The notes under the pieces were generated by a model, which did no database searches, was not told where the DNA came from, and was given only the letters and a program-made list of their open reading frames with translations. A DNA stretch of 24,401 nucleotides from a virus (taxonomy: Duplodnaviria; Heunggongvirae; Uroviricota; Caudoviricetes): IMG/VR virus record IMGVR_UViG_2526164690_000054; one strand, written 5' to 3'. Made by a program: the position numbers and the translations under genes. How positions within the stretch are numbered: the stretch's first letter is position 1; every line of letters starts with the position of its first letter. Shown here one piece after another: positions 7,703 through 16,160 of the stretch.

Positions 7703-8262
7703 GCGTTAGTTTCTCCACAGACACAAAACGCCACGACGCCCGGAGCTGCACACTCGCGGGCGTCACTCTTTTCTGGAGCGCAAAAGATTTTGTAGACCAG
7801 TGCTGCATGCTCCTGGAGCTTCGAAATTGACAGATACAACTCATCATTAATTGCTGTCTGCTCGTGTGGCTCCACGACCCCATCTTCGATTGCCGAACGA
7901 ATCTGCTTTGAGTAATTCCCGATCTGTTCGATGACTTCCAGCAGGCGCTGGTTTATATCGGCGTTCTCTACTTCCTCAATTTCAGGAAGCGATACGAACA
8001 CCCCACCAGCAGACTGTGCGACAGCATCCGCAATGTAGTGAGTGCCAGCCGCGCGCTGTAAAACCATTGCCCATCCCAGCGGGAAAATCTGATCGCCATC
8101 GGCACGAAGGCGGTTAAATAATGCGTTCTCTGTTACATCCAGCCAGTCAGCTGCTTCAGCGTAACCACCCGGCAACGCTGCGATAGTTTTTCTGACAGCT
8201 TTCACGTACCACTCAGGCTGTTTTTCTACTTTCCAGTGATACTTACCCACGGTTAGCCTCAT
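7699..8262 (-). CDS. phage regulatory CII-like protein (CP76/YdaT-type)
   Basis: 187 aa, second gene after the Cro-like gene; architecture and motifs resemble the phage regulatory CII family as recalled; inference only. Confidence 0.5.
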   Translation of the reverse strand: MRLTVGKYHWKVEKQPEWYVKAVRKTIAALPGGYAEAADWLDVTENALFNRLRADGDQIFPLGWAMVLQRAAGTHYIADAVAQSAGGVFVSLPEIEEVENADINQRLLEVIEQIGNYSKQIRSAIEDGVVEPHEQTAINDELYLSISKLQEHAALVYKIFCAPEKSDARECAAPGVVAFCVCGETNA

Positions 8263-8293
8263 CGTTCTGTGGTTAAAAATTGAAGGTGTTCTG

Positions 8294-8494
8294 TTAATCT
8301 TTCGGATAGATATCCGGTCTTAAGTCAGATTTCGTAATTGCACCTGACGTGCATTGCTCAAGTTTTTTAGCCAGCACAAAACTGGCTTTTTTATAACCAT
8401 TGAAAACCAGCCGTAAGTAGCCTGGTGTTGAGCCAACTTTTCCGGCCAACTCGCCCTGCTGTTCTTTGGTTAAAGAGTCCCAATACGCTTTCAT
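8294..8494 (-). CDS. Cro-like HTH transcriptional regulator (YdaS/Cro family)
   Basis: Small HTH protein divergent from CI. The start at ATG 8494 is preceded by GGAGG (8505-8509 on plus); the track frame extends to 8518. Confidence 0.65.
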   Translation of the reverse strand: MKAYWDSLTKEQQGELAGKVGSTPGYLRLVFNGYKKASFVLAKKLEQCTSGAITKSDLRPDIYPKD

Positions 8495-8584
8495 ACAATA
8501 TGTACCTCCAATATACATATTACATGATTAATATGAACCTTCAAGATACTTGTACCTTATCGGTACAAAGGTTTTAATTTCTTT
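8495..8584. promoter_or_regulatory. divergent immunity-region promoter/operator
   Basis: 90-bp gap between divergent cro-like and cI genes containing the palindrome TTGTACC-ttatc-GGTACAA (8550-8568) and an extra TGTACC half-site at 8501-8506. Confidence 0.5.
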
Positions 8585-9259
8585 ATGAAAACAGTCCATG
8601 ACATCCGGCGGTCTAACGCCAGAAAACTGAGAGATGGTGTTGGCGGGAATTCTTCCTTTGCCACCATGATTGATCGCGAGCCAACCCAGACCAGCAGGTT
8701 TATGGGAGATGGTGCTACTAAAAATATCGGTGACAGCATGGCACGGCACATCGAAAAATGTTTCGACCTGCCTGTCGGATGGCTTGATCAAGAACACCAG
8801 ACCACGAACATCACAAAAAAACCTGATGTTTCAATCACTAACAAACAAATAACGTTAGTCCCTGTCATATCATGGGTACAGGCCGGAGCATGGAAAGAAG
8901 TTGGCTATTCTGAGGTTGATTTGAGCACAGCAGAAACTTATCCCTGCCCTGTACCCTGTGGCGAAATGACTTATATCTTGCGGGTGATTGGTGATTCAAT
9001 GATTGATGAGTACCGCCCGGGAGACATGATTTTTGTTGATCCCGAAGTCCCTGCCTGCCACGGTGACGACGTTATTGCATTGATGCACGATACAGGCGAA
9101 ACCACCTTCAAGCGATTGATAGAAGATGGAACACAGCGTTATCTCAAAGCATTAAACCCAAACTGGCCTGAGCCTTACATTAAGATTAACGGTAATTGCT
9201 CTATAATTGGTACAGTAATTTTCTCAGGAAAACCAAGAAGATACAAAATAAAGGCCTAA
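8585..9259 (+). CDS. CI-like prophage repressor (HTH plus S24 LexA-like peptidase domain)
   Basis: C-terminal half (VISWVQAGAW...VIGDSMIDEYRPGDMIFVDPE...TFKRLIEDGTQRYLKALNPNWP...IIGTVI) is collinear with the lambda CI cleavage domain, including the Ser (GDSM) region and a Lys. Confidence 0.85.
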   Translation: MKTVHDIRRSNARKLRDGVGGNSSFATMIDREPTQTSRFMGDGATKNIGDSMARHIEKCFDLPVGWLDQEHQTTNITKKPDVSITNKQITLVPVISWVQAGAWKEVGYSEVDLSTAETYPCPVPCGEMTYILRVIGDSMIDEYRPGDMIFVDPEVPACHGDDVIALMHDTGETTFKRLIEDGTQRYLKALNPNWPEPYIKINGNCSIIGTVIFSGKPRRYKIKA

Positions 9260-9270
9260 TCAATATTTAT

Positions 9271-9294
9271 AACCTGCTTCGGCAGGTTTTTTTA
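9271..9294 (+). terminator. rho-independent terminator after cI
   Basis: aacctgc-ttcg-gcaggtt hairpin (7-bp stem, 4-nt loop) followed by a 7-T run. Confidence 0.6.
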
Positions 9295-9297
9295 TAC

Positions 9298-9325
9298 TTG
9301 ACAATGTACCCTTGAGATACATAAT
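9298..9325 (+). promoter_or_regulatory. sigma70-like promoter (PL analogue)
   Basis: TTGACA (9298-9303), 16-bp spacer, CATAAT (9320-9325); directly after the cI terminator and facing the early-left operon. Confidence 0.4.
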
Positions 9326-9742
9326 GTATCTAAAAGAAACATGCCGCAGGCAAGATTAAACAAAATTTGGTTGTAACACGGCGTATGGCACATGCGTCGT
9401 TAGCGGTCTGGGGACGTTAAAGGGGACAATCCACTCCTTGCTCGGGCAAAAAAACCAGGTAGCCGGAATGTGCAAGTCAATGATGATGCTGATAAGACGC
9501 CTAACCAGCGCGGCGATCCGGTTTGACGCCTGGGAAGAGACCAGGGTGCAACGATGAGGGCATTTATGGAACCGCGACAAAGTGTGGTGCCGTAACTTGC
9601 TAAGTGCTCTCAGCGTTGTGGTAATCCGCGAAATGGCGCGGCGGTAAGTATGGCGGGGTTACTCTTTCCCCGTTGAGGACACCGGATTGTCAGGTTGACC
9701 ATACGCCTGAGTGACAACCCCACCACAACAGCCACTGCTTTG

Positions 9743-9875
9743 GCGGTACCAGTTTGTACACTTGCTTCCGGCTGGTACCGCTCTTTTTACAAAACAGAGA
9801 AGAGCATCACCGGACGACGGGCTCATAACCCAATCCAGCCGGGCGGCTGCCACCGCAGGTGTTCTTCTCTGTTTT
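9743..9875 (+). promoter_or_regulatory. structured leader element (terminator-like hairpin plus long inverted repeat)
   Basis: 10-bp inverted repeat gcggtaccag/ctggtaccgc (9743-9752 / 9772-9781) followed by CTCTTTTTAC; then a 14-bp inverted repeat aaaacagagaagag (9791-9804) / ttcttctctgtttt (9862-9875) enclosing a GC-rich 57-nt loop; no convincing ORF across 9330-9925. Confidence 0.3.
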
Positions 9876-9925
9876 GTGGAGAAACCAACCGACCTTGCAG
9901 GGTCGATATGATGAGGAGCAGCAAA

Positions 9926-10288
9926 ATGGCTAGCGAACGCAGTACTGATGTGCAGGCATTTATCGGGGAGCTGGACGGCGGCGTATTTGAAACCAAAATC
10001 GGCGCAGTTCTCAGTGAAGTCGCTTCCGGTGTGATGAACACGAAAACCAAAGGTAAGGTCTCGCTCAACCTGGAAATCGAACCGTTTGATGAGAACCGTG
10101 TGAAAATCAAACACAAACTCTCATATGTTCGCCCGACTAACCGCGGGAAAATTTCCGAAGAAGACACCACCGAAACGCCGATGTATGTCAATCGCGGTGG
10201 TCGACTGACTATTCTGCAGGAAGACCAGGGACAATTACTGACTCTTGCCGGTGAACCTGACGGAAAACTCCGCGCAGCAGGTCATTAA
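9926..10288 (+). CDS. hypothetical prophage protein (first gene of early-left operon)
   Basis: ATG 9926 preceded by GAGGAG (9913-9918); 120 aa; the longer track frame from 9695 has no RBS and runs through the structured leader. Confidence 0.55.
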   Translation: MASERSTDVQAFIGELDGGVFETKIGAVLSEVASGVMNTKTKGKVSLNLEIEPFDENRVKIKHKLSYVRPTNRGKISEEDTTETPMYVNRGGRLTILQEDQGQLLTLAGEPDGKLRAAGH

Positions 10289-10353
10289 TATCGTTCTTAA
10301 TTAACTGATTATTTATCTCATCACTGAATATCTTTATATAGTGAGGACTTATT

Positions 10354-11178
10354 ATGTCTCAGAACTTAGACGCAACCGCAATTAATCAAATCCATGCCCT
10401 TATTTCTGCTCAGGGTGTTAATGAAATTATCAGTAATATTGGTGCCGATGCTGTGGCATTGCCTGAGAATTTCCGCATTCATGATCTGGAAAAATTTAAT
10501 TTAAATCGCTTCCGTTTCCGTGGTGCGCTTTCCACTGCCAGCATCGATGACTTTACCCGTTATTCTAAAGATCTTGCAGATGAAGGCACCCGCTGCTTTA
10601 TCGATGCCGATAATATGCGAGCCGTCAGTGTGCTTAACCTGGGTACTATTGATGAACCAGGTCACGCAGATAACACCGCCACCCTCAAACTGAAAAAGAC
10701 AGCACCGTTTTCTGCTCTGTTGTCTGTTAATGGCGAGCGTAACTCCCAGAAGTCACTGGCAGAATGGATTGAAGACTGGGCCGACTACCTTGTGGGCTTT
10801 GATGCTAATGGTGACACCATTCAGGCAACCAAAGCGGCTGCGGCAGTCCGTAAAATCACAATTGAAGCAAACCAGACCGCTGATTTTGAAGACAATGACT
10901 TCAGCGGCAAACGCTCCCTGATGGAGTCTGTCGAAGCGAAGACCAAAGACATTATGCCAGTGGCATTTGAATTTAAATGCGTTCCGTTTGAAGGCCTGAA
11001 AGAACGTCCGTTTAAATTACGCCTCAGCATTATCACTGGCGATCGTCCTGTACTGGTTCTGCGCATTATTCAGCTGGAAGCGATGCAGGAAGAAATGGCT
11101 AACGAATTTCGTGATCTGCTTGTTGAGAAATTCAAAGACAGCAAAGTAGAAACCTTTATTGGTACTTTCACCGCCTGA
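10354..11178 (+). CDS. DUF2303-like prophage protein (YfdQ-like)
   Basis: 274 aa; size, position and sequence are reminiscent of the CPS-53 prophage YfdQ family; recollection only. Confidence 0.65.
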   Translation: MSQNLDATAINQIHALISAQGVNEIISNIGADAVALPENFRIHDLEKFNLNRFRFRGALSTASIDDFTRYSKDLADEGTRCFIDADNMRAVSVLNLGTIDEPGHADNTATLKLKKTAPFSALLSVNGERNSQKSLAEWIEDWADYLVGFDANGDTIQATKAAAAVRKITIEANQTADFEDNDFSGKRSLMESVEAKTKDIMPVAFEFKCVPFEGLKERPFKLRLSIITGDRPVLVLRIIQLEAMQEEMANEFRDLLVEKFKDSKVETFIGTFTA

Positions 11179-11190
11179 TTTCATTACTGC

Positions 11191-11212
11191 AAATGCCCCT
11201 GCGGGGGCATTT
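11191..11212 (+). terminator. possible hairpin terminator
   Basis: aaatgcccc-tgcg-ggggcattt: 9-bp stem, 4-nt loop, weak T tail. Confidence 0.3.
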
Positions 11213-11306
11213 ATGGAAACGTAATTAACTCAATAATCACCGGATGGTGAGAGCTTCCTTTTAGCAGAATTCAGCGCGGTGCAGCGCATATAAAGTGGAG
11301 AACGAA

Positions 11307-11843
11307 ATGTCATTTATTAAAACTTTTTCCGGGAAGCATTTTTATTATGACAAGATAAATAAAGACGACATCGTGATTAACGATATCGCAGTTTCCCTTT
11401 CAAATATCTGTCGCTTTGCAGGACATCTTTCACACTTCTACAGTGTCGCCCAGCATGCGGTGCTTTGCAGCCAGCTGGTGCCGCAGGAATTTGCTTTTGA
11501 AGCGTTAATGCATGATGCAACAGAAGCATATTGCCAGGACATCCCCGCGCCACTGAAACGACTTCTTCCTGACTATAAACGGATGGAAGAAAAAATAGAC
11601 GCCGTAATCCGTGAGAAATACGGGTTACCTCCTGTTATGAGCACGCCAGTGAAATATGCCGATCTCATCATGCTGGCAACCGAACGCCGCGATCTCGGAC
11701 TTGATGATGGCTCTTTCTGGCCTGTATTGGAAGGTATCCCGGCAACAGAGATGTTCAAAGTGATTCCACTGGCACCGGGCCATGCCTACGGGATGTTTAT
11801 GGAACGCTTCAACGAGTTATCGGAATTACGCAAATGTGCATAA
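11307..11843 (+). CDS. HD-domain phosphohydrolase (YfdR-like 5'-deoxynucleotidase family)
   Basis: HD-domain metal-binding residues (H..H...HD in AQHAV / MHDATEAY); ATG 11307 preceded by GGAG; 178 aa. Confidence 0.75.
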   Translation: MSFIKTFSGKHFYYDKINKDDIVINDIAVSLSNICRFAGHLSHFYSVAQHAVLCSQLVPQEFAFEALMHDATEAYCQDIPAPLKRLLPDYKRMEEKIDAVIREKYGLPPVMSTPVKYADLIMLATERRDLGLDDGSFWPVLEGIPATEMFKVIPLAPGHAYGMFMERFNELSELRKCA

Positions 11844-12712
11844 CTCATGTAGTTAGTTTTTCTGGCGGGAGAACATCTGCATATCTTGTTCACCTGATGG
11901 AAGAACAAAGAAAGGCTGGCAATAACGTCTGCTACATCTTTATGGATACCGGTTGCGAACATCCGCTGACATACCGCTTTATTCGGGAGGTTTTGAAGTT
12001 CTGGGGCATACCGCTAACTGTGTTGCAGGTCGATATAAATCCAGAGCTTGGGCAGCCAAATGGTTATACGGAATGGGAACCAAAGGATATTCAGACGCGA
12101 ATGCCGGTGCTTAAACCGTTTATGGACATGGTTAAAAAGTACGGTACGCCATACATCGGCGGCGCATTCTGTACTGACAGGCTAAAACTCACCCCTTTCA
12201 CGAAATATTGCGATGACCATTTTGGGCGAGGGAATTACATCACATGGCTCGGTATTCGTGCGGACGAACCCCGTAGGCTGAAACCGAAACCTGGCGTCCG
12301 GTATCTTGCCGAGCTGTCAGATTTTGATAAGTCGGATGTTATCCGGTGGTGGCAAAAACAACCTTTTGATTTGCAAATCCCGGAGCACCTCGGGAACTGT
12401 GTTTTTTGCATCAAAAAGTCAACGCAAAAGCTGGGGCTTGCATGTAAAGACGAACCTGGTCTGATGCGGGTTTTTAATGAACTGGTTACAGGCAAACACG
12501 TCAGGGATGGTCATCGCAGAACAGGTAAAGACGTTATGTACCGTGGTCACCTGACGCTTGACGGGATTGCCAGAATGTATGCCGACAGCGACTACAGAAG
12601 TTTGTATCAGGCGATGGTGCTGGCCAAGCGGTTTGATACTGGTTCGTGTTCCGAATCATGTGAAATCTGGGGTGACCAATTGGAGTTGAAATTCGAAGAG
12701 GTCGTGGCATGA
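11834..12712 (+). CDS. PAPS-reductase-family PP-loop protein
   Basis: N-terminal PP-loop SFSGGRTS (SGGxDS-type ATP pyrophosphatase motif); start overlaps the upstream stop. Confidence 0.75.
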   Translation: MCITHVVSFSGGRTSAYLVHLMEEQRKAGNNVCYIFMDTGCEHPLTYRFIREVLKFWGIPLTVLQVDINPELGQPNGYTEWEPKDIQTRMPVLKPFMDMVKKYGTPYIGGAFCTDRLKLTPFTKYCDDHFGRGNYITWLGIRADEPRRLKPKPGVRYLAELSDFDKSDVIRWWQKQPFDLQIPEHLGNCVFCIKKSTQKLGLACKDEPGLMRVFNELVTGKHVRDGHRRTGKDVMYRGHLTLDGIARMYADSDYRSLYQAMVLAKRFDTGSCSESCEIWGDQLELKFEEVVA

Positions 12713-12912
12713 CAATCGTAAAAACCCATACCGGTACCGTGATCACCAAAGATGGCCCGCAGGTAAAAAAATTGCACCAAACAGAGCGGATGTGGGTCGT
12801 TGGCAAAAACGAGTTTTACCACAAAGAAACTGGACGCCGCCATTTTGCAGAAAATACGCGCCGCCGACTGCTGTTAGACACCATCAAGCCTATCGAGGTG
12901 AAGCATGTTTAA
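12709..12912 (+). CDS. hypothetical small phage protein
   Basis: 67 aa; ATGA overlap with the upstream stop. Confidence 0.5.
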   Translation: MTIVKTHTGTVITKDGPQVKKLHQTERMWVVGKNEFYHKETGRRHFAENTRRRLLLDTIKPIEVKHV

Positions 12913-13144
12913 ACAGAACGAAAAAGCTATCGCTCAAATTGCTGATTATATCCCGCGTGCGTGCCGGGGTATGCAGTTGCAGGAAGCCAAAGCGCGCCTG
13001 GAGAAAAAAATTGCGCTCTATATCGATGACGGCTGTGATGCTGCCGTTCTTAACGCGGCGTTCGCGCCAGCTCTTAACAGCCATACGCGGGAGGCTTTTT
13101 TTTCGCGCATCGCAGCGCAGATCCGTAAAGGAGGCAACCAGTGA
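12905..13144 (+). CDS. hypothetical small phage protein
   Basis: 79 aa; overlaps the upstream ORF by 8 nt within the operon. Confidence 0.5.
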   Translation: MFKQNEKAIAQIADYIPRACRGMQLQEAKARLEKKIALYIDDGCDAAVLNAAFAPALNSHTREAFFSRIAAQIRKGGNQ

Positions 13145-13470
13145 GCAAGATTGACTATCAGGCACTGCGTGAGGCGGCAGAAGCAATAAAAGTCGTGGCA
13201 ACGCCGCAAAAATTGCTTGCGTTTCGTATGAAAGTCACACCGCAGGTTGTGCTGGTGCTGCTGGATGAACTAGAAGCTAAAAACAAACGCATTACAGAAC
13301 TGGAAGCGAGGGAAGTTCAATTACCGACTCGCTACGACCTTCGATATGGGCACCCAATAAATGCTGATAAGCGACATGTCATGATACCTAAAGAAAATGG
13401 CAGCTGGCTTTGCCTGATTGACTTAGAACACGCACTACGCGTCGCTGGCATTCGCATCAAAGGAGAGTGA
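13141..13470 (+). CDS. Ead/Ea22-like protein
   Basis: 109 aa; N-terminus MSKIDYQALREAAEAI resembles Ead/Ea22-like prophage proteins as recalled; GTG start overlapping the upstream stop. Confidence 0.45.
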   Translation: MSKIDYQALREAAEAIKVVATPQKLLAFRMKVTPQVVLVLLDELEAKNKRITELEAREVQLPTRYDLRYGHPINADKRHVMIPKENGSWLCLIDLEHALRVAGIRIKGE

Positions 13471-13471
13471 G

Positions 13472-14335
13472 ATGACCACTTTCACCGATAAGAAACTGAT
13501 TAAAGAAATCAAAGAGCGCATAAGCAGCCTGGACGTGCGAGACAATATTGAGCGTCGGGCTTATGAAATTGCATTGACTGCATTGACAGCGGAGCCATTT
13601 GGCATCATCGATACTTCGGGGATTGCGCTCATTAACCATGGTAGTGATGCGTATATTTGGCCCGTCAATTCGATGGAGCCGGGAGATGTACCACTATATA
13701 TCGGCCTGCCACGAATTGCACCGGCATCAATACCAGAGGCCATGACAGAGGAAAAAGCGTACTCAAATGTACAAACGAGCTGGCAGGATGCGAAATATTA
13801 CGCTACTGGCTGGAATGCCTGCCGCGCCGCCATGCTTCAGGCCAGAAACTTTCGGGAAAATAAGAATTCGTCAACCAATAATTTTCGGGAAATCGCGGAA
13901 ACGTCAACCAACTATCCGGTAATTCCTAGTGAGGTGTTGTCCGCAATCCAGAAGGTTGCCAAGATTCGTGCCGATTTCGATGATTTTGACGGTGACAGGC
14001 GAGGTATCGGTGATTATCTGGATGAGGCTGAGCAAGAGCTTATCGTTACCATTAACAAATATGCCAGTCAGTTGGCAGCAGAACCTATAGCGCCTAATGA
14101 CGTTCGAGAGCAGACAGCCATTCCGCAAGTTCCGGTAACTCCGGATGGTTGGATAAGCTGTAGTGAGCTAATGCCGAACGACGCACAGTGGTGCGTAGTG
14201 AACACAGAATACGGGTATTACGTGCAATGCTGGTCTGAAGGTCAAGGGTGGCTTGGTGATGATATCAGCATCCCTGAATGCGATGTAACCCACTGGATGC
14301 CTCTACCAGAACCGCCGCAGGAGGTGAGTCAATGA
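13472..14335 (+). CDS. DUF551-domain prophage protein
   Basis: 287 aa; C-terminal WISCSELMPND...THWMPLPEPP is the characteristic DUF551 signature. Confidence 0.6.
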   Translation: MTTFTDKKLIKEIKERISSLDVRDNIERRAYEIALTALTAEPFGIIDTSGIALINHGSDAYIWPVNSMEPGDVPLYIGLPRIAPASIPEAMTEEKAYSNVQTSWQDAKYYATGWNACRAAMLQARNFRENKNSSTNNFREIAETSTNYPVIPSEVLSAIQKVAKIRADFDDFDGDRRGIGDYLDEAEQELIVTINKYASQLAAEPIAPNDVREQTAIPQVPVTPDGWISCSELMPNDAQWCVVNTEYGYYVQCWSEGQGWLGDDISIPECDVTHWMPLPEPPQEVSQ

Positions 14336-14415
14336 GTTGGCCTGAAGCATTTGCAATTGTAGGTGTTGCAATATCGATTGCGCTGATTATTTTTTCGATT
14401 TGCCGCTGGGGATAA
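14332..14415 (+). CDS. small hydrophobic peptide (27 aa, single predicted TM helix)
   Basis: Not in the ORF track (<60 aa). ATG overlaps the upstream stop (ATGA) and is preceded by AGGAGG at 14318-14323; sequence MSWPEAFAIVGVAISIALIIFSICRWG. Confidence 0.4.
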   Translation: MSWPEAFAIVGVAISIALIIFSICRWG

Positions 14416-14419
14416 TCTC

Positions 14420-14662
14420 ATGTTCGCACTTATTCAACGCGGGCAAATATACACGGACAGGGCCGGATACCCTGTGGTGATTACTCGCTGTACGGACCGC
14501 TCTGTGTTCTTTCGACGTATGGACGGACACTCCGGGCGGGTATGCATTGGTGAGTTCAACTGCCTGTTCGAACATATTGACCACCAGCAGTATTGCAAAA
14601 TCCTGGCGGACACTGAGCAGGAAAAGCACCTGAAAAAATTGCGCGCAATGCAACGGAGGTGA
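14420..14662 (+). CDS. hypothetical small phage protein
   Basis: 80-aa ORF, coding-like composition, inside the operon. Confidence 0.5.
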   Translation: MFALIQRGQIYTDRAGYPVVITRCTDRSVFFRRMDGHSGRVCIGEFNCLFEHIDHQQYCKILADTEQEKHLKKLRAMQRR

Positions 14663-14665
14663 TAC

Positions 14666-14812
14666 ATGCATACGGTTTTTGAGTTATGGGTTCGCAAGAC
14701 ATTCGGCAATCGCTATGACCTGACGCGAGATGTTGACGGTTTCTACTGTCGTGAAATTGTGAAACGAATGTTTGAAGTGTGGTGTCACTGTCGTGGGCTG
14801 AATGTTGTGTGA
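14666..14812 (+). CDS. hypothetical small Cys-containing protein (48 aa)
   Basis: Not in the ORF track; ATG 14666 preceded by ACGGAGG (14654-14659) with 6-nt spacing. Confidence 0.4.
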   Translation: MHTVFELWVRKTFGNRYDLTRDVDGFYCREIVKRMFEVWCHCRGLNVV

Positions 14813-14820
14813 GGTGAACT

Positions 14821-15030
14821 GTGGGGCTGGATTGCGTACCTATATCAACCTACTGCCGCAACGCGGGAGAAACGGTTGATGCCGTTAACAAACGGATACA
14901 AAGAGGAATATGGAAAGAAGGGGTACATGTATTAAAAGTCGACGGGGTTAAAGAGCGTTGGGTCGACTTAATAGAGGTTTCAAAATGGGCAAGAAAGAAC
15001 AAGGATTATTATCTCTGCCAAGAGGAGTAA
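14821..15030 (+). CDS. putative excisionase (Xis-like)
   Basis: 69-aa ORF immediately upstream of and overlapping the integrase gene; rough similarity to lambda Xis in the winged-helix region. Confidence 0.5.
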   Translation: MGLDCVPISTYCRNAGETVDAVNKRIQRGIWKEGVHVLKVDGVKERWVDLIEVSKWARKNKDYYLCQEE

Positions 15031-16160
15031 CTATTCGTAAGCATAAAACTGCTTCAACACTAGTTATCACTTTCACATATAAAGGGGTTCTTTGCAGGGA
15101 GCCCCTATCTCGGCTTGAGGCAAATACACGTGGTATAAAATATGCTGAGCGCCTGCTAGGGGAGATACAAAATCAGATCGCCAGCGGAACGTTTGAATAT
15201 GCGAAATATTTCCCCAATTCCAAAAAACTGGAGTTATTCGGTGTAGTAAAGAAAACCAAAAATATTAAGTCCTATCTTGATGAATACCTGAAAATTTGCA
15301 TAAACCGTAATCTGTCGCCGTCAACCATTGGCGGTTACGAAAAATGTCTATCAGCACTATCAGAACTACATAAACTACATGTAACAGAATTGACGCCTGC
15401 GATACTAAAAAATTGGATAGCCAGCCGAAAAACTAAGCTGAAAACAATCAGGAATAACCTGTCATTTCTGCGCAGCGCCATTGATGAAGCTGTTACGGAT
15501 GGCCTGCTGACCATTAACCCGGTAACCCTCGTCAGCGCCAGCCGGTACCACGTGATCGACAGTAGCCCGAGCGCCGACGATTACGAGGTTGACCCGTTCA
15601 CGCCAGCGGAGACCCTTGCCATTTACCAGAGCTGCAGGTACAGGGAATGGGAAAACCTGTTCCGCTTTGCTTTCAATACAGGTCTGCGGAGCTCAGAACT
15701 GTGCGCGCTGCGCTGGGCTGATCTCGACACCATCGCGAACACAGCCCACGTTCAGGCGGCCAGTGTCGTAGGGGTACTTAAAGGCACCAAGACAAAAGCC
15801 GGTACCCGTAAGGTGGAGCTGAACAGTGAGGCGCTGGCAGCCCTGCAGGCGCAGAAGCAATACACCTTTATGAAAAGTGAGTTCATATTCAGCGATCCGA
15901 AAACGGGAGAACCCTGGACGAACGCCGACGCTATCCGTAAAAAAGCATGGGTGCCGACCCTGAAAAAAGCTGGTGTGCGCTACCGTAACCCGTACCAGAC
16001 GCGCCACACATTCGCCACCAGACACATTAGCCAGGGTGTAAACCTTTTCTGGCTTGCCGGGCAGATGGGGCATAAGGGGCCGGAAATGCTGTTCCGCAAT
16101 TACGGTAAATACCTGGCTGAATACGATGGTAAAACGTCTATAAATGTTGTGTCAAGCTGA
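14985..16160 (+). CDS. int: tyrosine recombinase / phage integrase (lambda Int family)
   Basis: C-terminal catalytic signature (RHTFATRH...H...Y in YQTRHTFATRHISQGV...GHKG...FRNYGKY); ATG 14985 preceded by AGAGG; track frame starts at TTG 14958. Confidence 0.85.
   Translation: MGKKEQGLLSLPRGVTIRKHKTASTLVITFTYKGVLCREPLSRLEANTRGIKYAERLLGEIQNQIASGTFEYAKYFPNSKKLELFGVVKKTKNIKSYLDEYLKICINRNLSPSTIGGYEKCLSALSELHKLHVTELTPAILKNWIASRKTKLKTIRNNLSFLRSAIDEAVTDGLLTINPVTLVSASRYHVIDSSPSADDYEVDPFTPAETLAIYQSCRYREWENLFRFAFNTGLRSSELCALRWADLDTIANTAHVQAASVVGVLKGTKTKAGTRKVELNSEALAALQAQKQYTFMKSEFIFSDPKTGEPWTNADAIRKKAWVPTLKKAGVRYRNPYQTRHTFATRHISQGVNLFWLAGQMGHKGPEMLFRNYGKYLAEYDGKTSINVVSS

Noticed and set aside
8528-8852. 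ORFs 8528-8797 (-), 8557-8751 (-) and 8670-8852 (+) across the cI 5' region
   Set aside because: They overlap the operator region and the well-supported cI frame; likely spurious.
9356-10191. Minus-strand ORFs 9356-9580, 9659-10114, 9823-10191 and plus-strand 9711-9911 in the leader region
   Set aside because: No RBS, unusual composition, and they overlap the structured leader or the RBS-supported gene at 9926.
12235-13209. Minus-strand ORFs 12235-12495, 12534-12806, 12607-12843, 12890-13201 and 13018-13209
   Set aside because: All antisense to a tightly packed, translationally coupled + strand operon; no independent support.
15693-16073. Minus-strand ORF 15693-16073
   Set aside because: Antisense to the integrase gene, which has a clear catalytic signature.
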